DNA of 64,000 bases from positions 45,230-109,229 of the IMG/VR virus record IMGVR_UViG_3300045971_000674. One strand, 5' to 3'. The notes under the pieces are model-generated. The model saw only the letters and a program-made list of their open reading frames with translations, was not told the origin of the DNA and made no database searches. Source of the stretch: a virus. The translations under genes were made by a program, and so were the position numbers. Positions 17,376-26,698 of this stretch are shown piece by piece (the first letter of the stretch is position 1; each line of letters begins with the position of its first letter).

Positions 17376-20009
17376 TTACTTGTCCTTCTTCATGTCTTTC
17401 GGTGCCTCAAACTTTACGTGCTTGAAGGTGCGGCGGCGCTTGACAATTTCGCGGCCCGTTCCTGGTACGACGTAAGAGCCAATGGCTCCAGCATTGGTTG
17501 CGGCGGCGTTCTGTGCTTGGGCAAGTGGGGCGGTTCCAATCGGCGCAGAGCCGGGTGTTGGGATAGGACCCTCACCATCCTCCGTGATCTTCGAAATGCT
17601 TTGCAGCAGCTTCATCTCTTGCACCATGTCTCCGTTCTGTGCTGCTTGGTCGCCGGCTGCCAGCAGTGTGGCGCTCATGATAGCCCGCAGTCTAGTCAAC
17701 AGCGGCGAGTTACCAACAAACTGGGAAACCAGGTAGAACAGCTTCGTTTGAAACTTCACCTTCTCGTCAAAGGTCAATTCGTCGTAACGCATCATCCCAT
17801 CGAGTAGAGTATTTATGCGCTCGACATTCAGACCTGGCGCAATCTGAAGGATACGGAAGACCTTGCGATGATCTTCCCATTCGATTGGTGTCTCACGACC
17901 GTAGCTCAGGTCAATGTGAATGAACTTCCAAAGCTGAGGCGGAACGCGTCGCGTCACACTGAACAGCTGCTTGGCAACCTTCGGCCCAAGCAGCTTCTTG
18001 ACGGCTGGAGTTCCAGAGCGCCACACTGGGTAGCCCCAGAAGTTGAGTGCGCCCATGTCCATGTCGAACTTCTGCAGCCGCATGTGCGTCTTGTCACGTA
18101 GCAGCCGCATGCCTGGCTTGTCCTTCTCACGATAGATCAGGCCAGCCATGAGATATGAGGCGATGTAGGTGCAGAGGATGTTCGCAGCATCTCTGCCCTT
18201 GTACATCGACATGTCCGAGTGTTCACGCTTCTCGGTGATCAGGTCTTCCTTCAACGAGACATTACCACCGTACTCGATGTCAGCATCAGCGAGGACATTC
18301 CAGATGTCATCCTCGTCAAAGTCCTTCTTGGTGGTCAGCTCGAATTCAAAGCCACCACCCTCTCCGTCTTCATCGAAGAGGCGAACGAGCTTTACCTTGC
18401 CAAGCTTCTTCAGCTGCTGGACCATCAGCTCTTCTTGCTCGGCCTGATCTTGAATGCCTTCATCAGGATGCAGCGTGATGGACCAGACTTGGGATTCTGT
18501 CAAGCTCTCAGCAACTTTCTCTTCTTCCTCCGGCGCTTCGTGCACTGCCTTGGCAGTACGACCGTAGAGCAGGGCAACCAGCTGTGGCAGATTCTGGGTC
18601 TTCCCAATCTTGCCGCCGAGTTCGTCGAGATCCCGCTTGGCCTCTGCAAATGCGAGCAGAGTGCGGCGGATAATCTCGGCGCTCAGACCAATGGTGCGAC
18701 CACCCTTGAGCTTCAGCTGGAACTGGTCCTTGTTAGCCTTGAAGTCCTTGAGCGAGGCAAGCAGCTTCTGCCTGGTGGCATCGATCAGCGCGATGATCTT
18801 CGTGCGGGTGCTACGATAGTCTTCGTTGCCATGCAGTTCGTTGGCGACATTGCGGACAGTCTCTTCTGGGGTCTTGCCCTTGACCGTCTGGAAGATCTTC
18901 TTGGCTGGACCACCACGAGCGAGGTCGATGTTGCCAAGTAGGTCGGCGATCGTCAGCTTCAGTTCACCAAGCAGACCACCACGGGCTTCGATGCTGGCCT
19001 GTGGATCAGTAGTCTTGACCACACCAGAGATGGAGGATCGAACCGCATGGTTGAAGGTGTTGATCGTCGTGAAGGTGTCCTTGTCGACGATCTTGATCTG
19101 CTCGCCATTTTCGGGATCCTTGAGCACAACGCCCTCGATACCGATGTCTTCATCCTGAGTCAAGTCGTCAGAAGCGAGGGGAGACTTCACCTTGCCAACG
19201 AACTTGTCGAGCAGCTCCTTCTTGATCGGCAGCTTGAAGTCGGTCATGATGGTGGCCAACACCTGGGCCTTGGCCAACTTGGCAGCTGCACGCTCTGTCT
19301 TGTCGAACGAACCAAGAGAGGCGGTTGCCAGATCGAAGTTCGTCATCGTCTTCAGACCGATGGTTGTCTTCGTCCGCAGGAACCGCTGCAGGTTGTCGAG
19401 CTGCTTGGAGACGTCGGTGGCCTTCAGGTGGGTGGTGTCAATCTTCTGGACACCAACGAATTGGAAAGTGACTTCAGTCGGGAGGAGCTTGAGGTTCTCA
19501 CCATCGACGGTGTCGACAGTCTGGACTCGAACCGAGGCGATGTGGTTTGCCAGTCGGTTTGCGAGCTGATCAACGAGCATGTCAGGAGTAGACTCCAAGC
19601 CGCGAAGGAAGGCGATGTAGTTCTTGCCACCTGCACCGTAGGTCACAGCATTTGGTTGGCGACCGTACAGAACTTCTATCTCGACCATGTCATTTGGTCG
19701 GATGACTTGCTTGATCTCGGCCTCAACAGACTTCAGGGCGGCGTGTGCAGCACGGAAACCGTTGTAGGCAGCGAAGTACGGGTAGTCCGATTCGTTGTAG
19801 ACTGGCTCAGCACCCTTCCGCTTGGCGGCACGGGTGGTGTAGAACTTGCCATCCTTGTCCAACCCGAAGGATAGTTCGGCTCCATCGAGCTTCTCAGTCG
19901 CCTGCATCTTGGTGATGTTGGCAACTGCCCTGACAAAAGCAGAGACGTCCAAGTCTTCCAGGTGGGTGATACCTTCAGACAAGAGTGAGATTGTGCGCAG
20001 TTGGGTCAT
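17376..20009 (-). CDS. large protein with N-terminal ATP-dependent ligase-like (nucleotidyltransferase) fold
   Basis: 877 aa from ATG 20009. TEKLDG (motif I), IEGVVLK (motif IV), IKIVDK (motif V-like). TAAATA at 20014-20019. Confidence 0.6.
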   Translation of the reverse strand: MTQLRTISLLSEGITHLEDLDVSAFVRAVANITKMQATEKLDGAELSFGLDKDGKFYTTRAAKRKGAEPVYNESDYPYFAAYNGFRAAHAALKSVEAEIKQVIRPNDMVEIEVLYGRQPNAVTYGAGGKNYIAFLRGLESTPDMLVDQLANRLANHIASVRVQTVDTVDGENLKLLPTEVTFQFVGVQKIDTTHLKATDVSKQLDNLQRFLRTKTTIGLKTMTNFDLATASLGSFDKTERAAAKLAKAQVLATIMTDFKLPIKKELLDKFVGKVKSPLASDDLTQDEDIGIEGVVLKDPENGEQIKIVDKDTFTTINTFNHAVRSSISGVVKTTDPQASIEARGGLLGELKLTIADLLGNIDLARGGPAKKIFQTVKGKTPEETVRNVANELHGNEDYRSTRTKIIALIDATRQKLLASLKDFKANKDQFQLKLKGGRTIGLSAEIIRRTLLAFAEAKRDLDELGGKIGKTQNLPQLVALLYGRTAKAVHEAPEEEEKVAESLTESQVWSITLHPDEGIQDQAEQEELMVQQLKKLGKVKLVRLFDEDGEGGGFEFELTTKKDFDEDDIWNVLADADIEYGGNVSLKEDLITEKREHSDMSMYKGRDAANILCTYIASYLMAGLIYREKDKPGMRLLRDKTHMRLQKFDMDMGALNFWGYPVWRSGTPAVKKLLGPKVAKQLFSVTRRVPPQLWKFIHIDLSYGRETPIEWEDHRKVFRILQIAPGLNVERINTLLDGMMRYDELTFDEKVKFQTKLFYLVSQFVGNSPLLTRLRAIMSATLLAAGDQAAQNGDMVQEMKLLQSISKITEDGEGPIPTPGSAPIGTAPLAQAQNAAATNAGAIGSYVVPGTGREIVKRRRTFKHVKFEAPKDMKKDK

Positions 20010-20025
20010 GGAGTATTTATGCCAC

Positions 20026-20055
20026 AAAGGGCAGGGAGGTTGCCCTCTCTGCCCT
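20026..20055 (-). terminator. rho-independent terminator
   Basis: AGGGCAGGGAGG/CCTCTCTGCCCT hairpin followed by TTT on the minus strand. Confidence 0.6.
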
Positions 20056-20077
20056 AATCGATCGAAGCGGGAAGTGC

Positions 20078-20332
20078 TTACTCGGCGGCTGGTTCAGCAG
20101 CGGCAGCTTCGGCAGCGGCCTTCTTCTCGTCGAGTTCCTTCTTCACAGCGGCGCTGATCTGGTTGCCGACGGACTGCATAGCAGCTTGGTTCTTCACCAC
20201 GTCGAGCTGGGCCTTCTGCAGGTCAGCGGCGAACACGTTGTAGATACCGACGGCCTGTTGGACGCCTTCGCTGAACTGGGCCACGTCGTAGCTGATGCCG
20301 TCGAGGGTGATGGTGCGAGCTTGCTCGGTCAT
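20078..20332 (-). CDS. small coiled-coil hypothetical protein
   Basis: 84 aa, RBS AGGAG, TAAATA at 20388-20393. Confidence 0.65.
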   Translation of the reverse strand: MTEQARTITLDGISYDVAQFSEGVQQAVGIYNVFAADLQKAQLDVVKNQAAMQSVGNQISAAVKKELDEKKAAAEAAAAEPAAE

Positions 20333-20390
20333 TTGAGTATCTCCTGATGGGGATGGTTGGGATGGAAAGGGAGGTTTTCCCAGCAACTAT

Positions 20391-21770
20391 TTATTCGGCG
20401 GGGGAAGTCGATTGTTGACCTCCCAGCAGGTCGTTGATTGACCTGCGACGACCTGGGGTAGCTGCCGGAAGATCGGCCCCAGATCGTGGTTTCTTGTGCA
20501 ACTCCAACTGGCTCTTGTCCATGTCAGAGATGATGAGGGATTTCTTGCTCCAAGCCATCTCGATGCGCTTGCCTGTGGCATCCGAGTTACGGGCCTTCGG
20601 GAAGCCGAACCGGAAGATGCCTGCTTCGTGCATGGCCTGCGTCTTCTCCATCGAGATCTGCAAGTCGGCTGTGTTCGTCTTTGAAGAGCCACCCTGGATG
20701 TCGCCTTGGTGGATGATCTTGCCTTCCTCGATGGCTTCAGTGGCATGCTTGCCGAGCTGGGAACCTGAGATGCCGATTGAGTTCTCGTCGAAGTTCAGAG
20801 CCCGGAACTCTTCAGCCACGAACTTGTCCTTCAGGAACATGGAGTCGCCAGCACCCTTCTGGTCCGGACCCATGATGTCGAGGTAGTCGCCAACGATGAA
20901 GTCAGGCCGGAAACCGTAACGCACTCGCAGTTCACGGAGATAGGCGGCCATGTCAGATGCGCGGGTCGTACCTTCCCGCATCCGCTTCACGTGGAAGCTG
21001 ACGCCTGTCTGCTCATGGAACTTGTGGATCTCGTGTGCCACTTCAGTCTTGTTGAGGCTGATCATGCCACTTGCCATCCGAGCCAGCATCTGGTCGGTAC
21101 GCATCGTGACCTTCTTGTCCTTCATTTCCAGCGAGATGTAGACGCCGCTCAGACCCTGGCGCATCAGGTTGTGGGCCAGGTTCAGCATGCCGACGGACTT
21201 ACCACCGCCAGACGGAGCCAGGAAGAGCACGAGTTCCTGACGACCGACACCACCACCGATCAGATCGTCGACAGACTTCCAGCCAGTGGAGATGACTTCG
21301 TCTTCGCTCTCGTAGGATGCAAGACGCTCTTCGACATTCTCGAAGTAGTTGATGCCGAGGTCGGCAAGCAGGCCCATCTCGGAAGCTTCCTTGAACTTCG
21401 CGACCATCGTGCCGAGGTCGCCCTTCTCGAGGTAGCCACCCGTACCAACTGCACGCTGCACCTGCTCGATGACTGCCTTGAAGCGACAGAATTGGGCGAT
21501 CTGGTTGAGCACGAACTCACCGTCTTCCCGGTTCAGGAGCACGACATCTGTTGGCAGCTTCGTAGCAGCGGTGAAGATGGAGGTGGCTGGCACTGAATGG
21601 TTCTCGGCGAAGTACTCCTTCAGGAACTTCACACCCTTTGCGATGTGGGGATCGAAGAAGGTGGGGCTCAGCAGGTTCTGCACCCGGACAAACAGATCCG
21701 GGTTGTTGATCATTGCATTCACGTACAGACGCTGTGCGTCTTCGTCCATCATTGGCACGTCATTGTTCAT
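20391..21770 (-). CDS. replicative DnaB-family helicase (T4 gp41-like)
   Basis: Walker A APSGGGKS, YISLEM, Walker B FIVGDYLDIM. ATGA-coupled to the primase. Confidence 0.9.
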   Translation of the reverse strand: MNNDVPMMDEDAQRLYVNAMINNPDLFVRVQNLLSPTFFDPHIAKGVKFLKEYFAENHSVPATSIFTAATKLPTDVVLLNREDGEFVLNQIAQFCRFKAVIEQVQRAVGTGGYLEKGDLGTMVAKFKEASEMGLLADLGINYFENVEERLASYESEDEVISTGWKSVDDLIGGGVGRQELVLFLAPSGGGKSVGMLNLAHNLMRQGLSGVYISLEMKDKKVTMRTDQMLARMASGMISLNKTEVAHEIHKFHEQTGVSFHVKRMREGTTRASDMAAYLRELRVRYGFRPDFIVGDYLDIMGPDQKGAGDSMFLKDKFVAEEFRALNFDENSIGISGSQLGKHATEAIEEGKIIHQGDIQGGSSKTNTADLQISMEKTQAMHEAGIFRFGFPKARNSDATGKRIEMAWSKKSLIISDMDKSQLELHKKPRSGADLPAATPGRRRSINDLLGGQQSTSPAE

Positions 21771-22762
21771 CGATAGGTCCCAAATGTTCCGTTGTTGAGG
21801 ATCCCGATCCGCTGCATGATCGAGGAGCGTGTGACGTTCTTCATGAGCTGGAAGATGGTTAGCGGCAGTCCGTACTGCTCCACCATTGCGCTTGCGTCCA
21901 TGTCTTTCTTGTCGAAGTAGCTGATCTCCCACCCATGCTCAATAGCGAGAGCGGTCAGTGCGTCACCATTGCCATCAGGATCTTGCACGAAGATGATCCG
22001 TCGTCTGCTCTTCTTTAGGATCTCCAGCTTCGCAGCGTTGAGAGTCGATCCAAGAATGCAGACACCTTTGAGGACGATGGCGTCAAAGACGCCTTCGCAC
22101 ACAAAGAGCGGCGTGGGAGTGTATGTATAGAGGCGGTCGTAGCCGTATAGGATCGCATCACGTGGGTTAGATGAATTGAGATACCGCGGCTTGATGTTGT
22201 CAATGGTTCTCGACTGCCAGTAGATGATCTTGCCATCACGGTAATACGGAATGATGACACGCCGCAGGTGCCGAGGATCGAGACTGAAGCATGCACCAAT
22301 CTCCAGTGGATCGATCTTACGCTTCAGCAGATACTCGATGAGTGGTTCCTGCAACTCGTCATGGTGGTCTACTCCAAGCGGATGTGTCCGATCTGGGAGC
22401 GCCACCTCAGGCGTAACAAGCTTGACCTTCTTCAGCTCCTCAAGATTGATCTCTGGCTCTTCCTCCTTCTGTGGCTGAAGCAACGCTGAACGGATGGCAG
22501 TGAGGTCATCGCGCGTGATGCCGAAGTCCTCAAGGATACCACGTGCGTTTTTCGTGAACTTGCCGGTGCCCTCTTCGACATTGAAGGCGGACTTGCAGTT
22601 CCAGCACGAATAGACGGTGTGCGTGTCTTCGAACTTGAACCCAGCCCGCACTTGGTAGTCGCTGCAGCAGGGGCAACGTACCTCGAACCAGCCACGAGCA
22701 TTCTCTGGGCCAAGGGGAACCTTGTCACGGATGATGTCAGCGAGTGTACGTTGTTCGAGCAT
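21767..22762 (-). CDS. DNA primase (T4 gp61-like)
   Basis: N-terminal Zn finger CPCC...CWNC, YWQSR, TOPRIM VCEGVFDA and DPDGNG. Confidence 0.9.
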   Translation of the reverse strand: MLEQRTLADIIRDKVPLGPENARGWFEVRCPCCSDYQVRAGFKFEDTHTVYSCWNCKSAFNVEEGTGKFTKNARGILEDFGITRDDLTAIRSALLQPQKEEEPEINLEELKKVKLVTPEVALPDRTHPLGVDHHDELQEPLIEYLLKRKIDPLEIGACFSLDPRHLRRVIIPYYRDGKIIYWQSRTIDNIKPRYLNSSNPRDAILYGYDRLYTYTPTPLFVCEGVFDAIVLKGVCILGSTLNAAKLEILKKSRRRIIFVQDPDGNGDALTALAIEHGWEISYFDKKDMDASAMVEQYGLPLTIFQLMKNVTRSSIMQRIGILNNGTFGTYR

Positions 22763-22808
22763 GTTTCATTGTAACATGCACGGCCAAGGATAGGACCTGA
22801 AACTCGAT

Positions 22809-23429
22809 TCAGCTACGCTTCATTGCAGCAAGCTTGCGCTCGGCGCCGATGGCGTAGTGGTAGTCAGCACCGACTGCCTTCGCCCCGGTTGGGCCGCGAT
22901 TGTAGGCATTGAGCAGGTCACGCCCGCGCAGCCCGTATTCGGCAGAGAGAATCGTCAGATACATGGCAGCAACGTGAATGTTGAAGCGCTCATTCAGGAT
23001 CAGGTTTGCCTTGATCTCGTCGTCAGTCTTCGTGTGAAAGCCGTACTCCGAGAACAATGCAGGCCACTTCTGCAGCACCGTCTTGGCGACAACCAGCTTG
23101 ATCTGCATGGGACCGAAGTAGGCGTTGGGGCCAGGGTTGGCGACGTTGTAGGATGCAGCCGCGCCGGCCCCGGTCTCCTGCAGCAGGACTGCCTGCAGAA
23201 TCTCCGGGCTCTTGAGCTTTGCTTCAACACCGACATCATAGGCCATGTTGAGCAGCTCGTGCTGCTTGTCCGTCATGTTGGACGGCAGGAGGGTTGCCAC
23301 ACGGGCACCGTCTCCCTGTTCTGCAATGACCGAGTTTCCGATTGGTGTCGGGACGTGCTGATACAGTTGGGCCGCGCCAAAAATGACGAGCGCGGCAATC
23401 AGCGAAAGGGCACTAATGACCTTCTTCAT
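22809..23429 (-). CDS. lytic transglycosylase (SLT domain) with N-terminal signal/TM segment
   Basis: AVLLQET (catalytic Glu), GPMQI, NIHVAAMYL, LNAYNRGP. Hydrophobic N-terminus. Confidence 0.8.
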   Translation of the reverse strand: MKKVISALSLIAALVIFGAAQLYQHVPTPIGNSVIAEQGDGARVATLLPSNMTDKQHELLNMAYDVGVEAKLKSPEILQAVLLQETGAGAAASYNVANPGPNAYFGPMQIKLVVAKTVLQKWPALFSEYGFHTKTDDEIKANLILNERFNIHVAAMYLTILSAEYGLRGRDLLNAYNRGPTGAKAVGADYHYAIGAERKLAAMKRS

Positions 23430-23529
23430 GTTCTACTCCAGGTAGGTTGCGGCCTTATCGTTGGCCAAGGTATGTTTCTATGATCTCATTCTAACATGAG
23501 CTCTACCCGGAGTACAACCTAAAAAATGA

Positions 23530-23550
23530 ATGGGGCCGCGAGGGCCCCAT
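23530..23550 (-). terminator. rho-independent terminator
   Basis: GGGGCC stem hairpin followed by a T run on the minus strand. Confidence 0.65.
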
Positions 23551-23575
23551 GGTGTACGAAAGTCGGGAACTGTAT

Positions 23576-24007
23576 TTACAGTCCGGGTGCCAAGCCTGAA
23601 ACGGTGCCTTGGTCGCCGCGGGTGAACTCGGAACCGATCTGCTTGTCGGAACCGTAGACTTCAACAGAAGCCAGGCCGCCGCCGAGGACTGCACCGCGAG
23701 GACGCTTGACCTTGACGTAGTTCATGTGGAAGAAGTCGAGTGGGTTGACGCCATTGTTCAGCTTGCCCTGTGACAGAAGTTCCCACAGCGGATACTTGTC
23801 AGCGTGAACGGACACGAGGAACTTCTTCAGACGGGCCTTGTCGATGTTGTGAAGCTTGTCGACTTCGATGCCATAGATGGTGCCATCATTGGCTTCCATG
23901 ACGACGGCGACTTCCTTGAGGATTCCGTCGTCGTTCCAGTCGATCAGATAGACGTGACGAAGGTTGGTTGGACGCTTCTCAATGCGCGGGGTTGCAGCTG
24001 TAGCCAT
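23576..24007 (-). CDS. hypothetical protein
   Basis: 143 aa, RBS AGGAG, TATAAATA upstream (about 24105-24112). Confidence 0.7.
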   Translation of the reverse strand: MATAATPRIEKRPTNLRHVYLIDWNDDGILKEVAVVMEANDGTIYGIEVDKLHNIDKARLKKFLVSVHADKYPLWELLSQGKLNNGVNPLDFFHMNYVKVKRPRGAVLGGGLASVEVYGSDKQIGSEFTRGDQGTVSGLAPGL

Positions 24008-24132
24008 GCTTGTTTCTCCTAGCAGGTTGAGGGAATGCGTGAGACGCTTTAGAGACCCGAGGGTCAGACCCATTAACGTGTCGACGGGATGTCAACCACG
24101 CACCTATTTATACTGGAGAAACGGGCAGATTG

Positions 24133-24375
24133 CTACTGGAACCACCAGAAACAGGCGGTCATGCATCGCACAGTACCACGCTTCTTGATGATGGCCGTGC
24201 GCCAGCTGATGACGCGAAAGACTTGTTCGTCATCATCCAGCCACTTCTGATACATGAAACGCCAAGTGCTGGTAACTGGTTTCGACTTGCTGACGCGAAC
24301 CCTGACATCATTTTGCCATGTCTTGAAGTTGTCCAACAGAATGCCAATGGCAAAGAGATATCTACCGTCCTTCAT
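24133..24375 (-). CDS. hypothetical protein
   Basis: 80 aa, ATGA-coupled to the PQ-loop gene. Confidence 0.45.
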   Translation of the reverse strand: MKDGRYLFAIGILLDNFKTWQNDVRVRVSKSKPVTSTWRFMYQKWLDDDEQVFRVISWRTAIIKKRGTVRCMTACFWWFQ

Positions 24376-24629
24376 GTCCCTATTCTCCGCGGGCAAATCT
24401 TGAACCACACGATGACAAGTAGCAGCAGAAAATTGACGAGATAGTTGACCAACAGCGGAAGTTTGCCTGTCGGCCACACGTACACCACCATCAGCAACTC
24501 ACCGCTGCCCCACATCCAAAGCATGAACTTGTCAATGCCTTCCGCATGCCCTTTGCGTAGGCAATCAATCACCTGTGGTACCACACACGTAGCCAGCAGG
24601 AGTCCGCCAATCCAACCAATTGCTTCCAT
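24372..24629 (-). CDS. PQ-loop / SemiSWEET-like membrane protein
   Basis: 85 aa, three TM helices, IGWIGG...VPQV motif. Confidence 0.8.
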   Translation of the reverse strand: MEAIGWIGGLLLATCVVPQVIDCLRKGHAEGIDKFMLWMWGSGELLMVVYVWPTGKLPLLVNYLVNFLLLLVIVWFKICPRRIGT

Positions 24630-25639
24630 CAGAACACCAGTGTTGACTTTCGCTTCTTCTCTGCATTGAGCGCCTTGGTCTCTTCCTTCAACGGAGAGTT
24701 GCGACCTGTGCTGGAGAAGAGCTCAACGAAGTGTTGGGCCTCATCGGCGATCTTGCGAAGGCCAAACTTGGCACAGAACTTCTGAAAGTGGAAGAAGCTG
24801 AAGGCACCGTGATGAAGGATCTCGTGCTCGACCATCTCGGTCATGAGCGCACGGATATGTGGTGGCTGACGCTCGAGGTTCATGAGGGTCTGGTTCTCTT
24901 CGAACAGATCGCCAACTCGCAAGGTGCGCTTCTCGCCAGTCTCTGGCTCGCTGAACACCCACGTGTGGTTCATCATGTTGGTACGCTCGTACTCGTCCGT
25001 GTACGCCTTCTGGATCTTCGTGGAGAAGACACGTGGATAGGCAGTGAGAACGTTGTCGCCGCTGTCGCCACGAATTGCCTTCTCGAACATGAAGTACTCG
25101 GGATCAATCTTGTCGCCTGTCTCCTTGTCCCAGCCACGTAGCTTGCCGTCGTCTGGATTGACGATCGATACACCCGGATTCTTCAGCAGTTGGATGAAGT
25201 CCTTGTCACCTGAGAGCACGACAACCTCGTCGCCCTTGGCAGAGAAGTACTGGACATAGGCAGCGATGCTGTCATCGCCTTCCAGCTCGGGCCGTGAGAG
25301 GCATACAAGGGAGGTATGGTTGCGTGCCAGATCCTCGAAGGCAGCGATCAGTTCGTAGAAGGCGGCCTTGCTGTCGTCAGTGACGCGGTTGCCCTTGTAG
25401 TACCGGCGCGATACGCAGGTCTCAGCCTTCGTGTAGGCCTTGCGCCAATTGTTCTTGCCCTCGAAAGCAACTGCCACTTGGTCCGGTTGGATCTTGCGGT
25501 AGTGCGACTTCAGGGTGTTTAATGCCATATGCATCGCGAGACCCGCTTGGTCTGCAGGATCCCCACCTTGGTTGTACTTGCCATGGGCAGATGCAACCCG
25601 AAAGAGGATGTTGGAGGTGTCAACTACGAGACGCTTCAT
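24629..25639 (-). CDS. rnh: RNase H / 5'-3' exonuclease (T4 Rnh, FEN-like)
   Basis: VDTSNILFR, VAFEGK, EGDDSIA, SGDKDFIQL and GDSGDNV motifs. Confidence 0.9.
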   Translation of the reverse strand: MKRLVVDTSNILFRVASAHGKYNQGGDPADQAGLAMHMALNTLKSHYRKIQPDQVAVAFEGKNNWRKAYTKAETCVSRRYYKGNRVTDDSKAAFYELIAAFEDLARNHTSLVCLSRPELEGDDSIAAYVQYFSAKGDEVVVLSGDKDFIQLLKNPGVSIVNPDDGKLRGWDKETGDKIDPEYFMFEKAIRGDSGDNVLTAYPRVFSTKIQKAYTDEYERTNMMNHTWVFSEPETGEKRTLRVGDLFEENQTLMNLERQPPHIRALMTEMVEHEILHHGAFSFFHFQKFCAKFGLRKIADEAQHFVELFSSTGRNSPLKEETKALNAEKKRKSTLVF

Positions 25640-25647
25640 GGTGTGCC

Positions 25648-25980
25648 TTACGTGTTCCGGTGTGGGTGGGCTGCGGGCGGCATCATCCCGTAGAACATGT
25701 CATCTACATTGTCGCCGCGCATCTTGCCCATTTCGACAGCTGCATTGAGCAGAGGCTGCCATGAAGGTAAGCTGCGCTGACGCGAGAAGCTCGTGCGCAG
25801 ATACATTGCCAGTTCGATGGTCTCGAACGATTGGCGACCCTGCATCACCTCCTGTAGCCGTGTCTCCAGCGCTGACATGTTGCCGACGCTGTCATCCAGA
25901 AAGCTGAAGATGTCTGGGGCAGCAATGAGGCCCATGACCTCCTCGGCAATTTCCTGCAGTCGTTTGGAGCGTGCGCTCAT
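25648..25980 (-). CDS. hypothetical protein
   Basis: 110 aa within the replication operon. Confidence 0.55.
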   Translation of the reverse strand: MSARSKRLQEIAEEVMGLIAAPDIFSFLDDSVGNMSALETRLQEVMQGRQSFETIELAMYLRTSFSRQRSLPSWQPLLNAAVEMGKMRGDNVDDMFYGMMPPAAHPHRNT

Positions 25981-26336
25981 CCCACCCTCAGCTCGTTCTG
26001 GATCTGGCTGAGTTGGGGATGTGTAGACGACTGCACTGCATCGTCCTGCGGATCTCCAGCCAGGTGAGTGGGGCGCATTGACGACGTGTAGAAGAACAGC
26101 TGCACCGTGTCTTCGTCCGTCTCTGCTTCGAAACCCAGGCCCTTGATCTTCTCAATGAAGGTCTGGTTCCAGTTGAACTTGATCTTGATGCGGCCATCAT
26201 CCTCGAAGCCGCCTACCTCGAAGGAGGCCCACGGCTTGTCAGATGCTTCCTTCTCGGCCAGATACTCAGCCTCGTGATCGACTGCGACTGGTCCGAGGTT
26301 CCCGAAGTAGTTCTTGATGGCGTCCCAGAACTTCAT
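25977..26336 (-). CDS. hypothetical protein
   Basis: 119 aa from ATG 26336, FNWNQTFIEKIKGLGF motif. Confidence 0.65.
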   Translation of the reverse strand: MKFWDAIKNYFGNLGPVAVDHEAEYLAEKEASDKPWASFEVGGFEDDGRIKIKFNWNQTFIEKIKGLGFEAETDEDTVQLFFYTSSMRPTHLAGDPQDDAVQSSTHPQLSQIQNELRVG

Positions 26337-26340
26337 GATG

Positions 26341-26697
26341 TCACCACTTCCCAGCACTTGCGACGCTTGCGACTGCACGTTGTGCCGCCTCAATCTCAGG
26401 CCGAATGACGGCAGCAAGATGATCGAACACGAGGTTCTTCATCACGGCGTCAGTGACGGTCGATGTCGACCAGTTGATGTCGTTGTTGATCAGCGCCGCA
26501 TTTGGCAATGCAACGGTCACTCGCTTGCCGCCGAAACCGACGGTGACACGAAGGATATTGCCTTCATTGGCGGTGGCCACGATCGGCGTCCACTTGTCAG
26601 CCATCGGCTTGGCTTCACCAAGCAGACGGGTCAGATGGCGGACCTGTTCCTCCAGGCTCATCACGTATTCGTTGCGGGTCTTGTCGATGTCTTGCAT
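26341..26697 (-). CDS. hypothetical protein
   Basis: 118 aa within the operon. Confidence 0.6.
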   Translation of the reverse strand: MQDIDKTRNEYVMSLEEQVRHLTRLLGEAKPMADKWTPIVATANEGNILRVTVGFGGKRVTVALPNAALINNDINWSTSTVTDAVMKNLVFDHLAAVIRPEIEAAQRAVASVASAGKW

Positions 26698-26698
26698 A

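Noticed and set aside
23573-23578. TAAATA as a late promoter for the SLT gene (also the intragenic copy at 17810-17815)
   Set aside because: The first overlaps a stop codon and is followed by a terminator before the SLT gene; the second is ~440 nt from the next start. Both may be chance occurrences.
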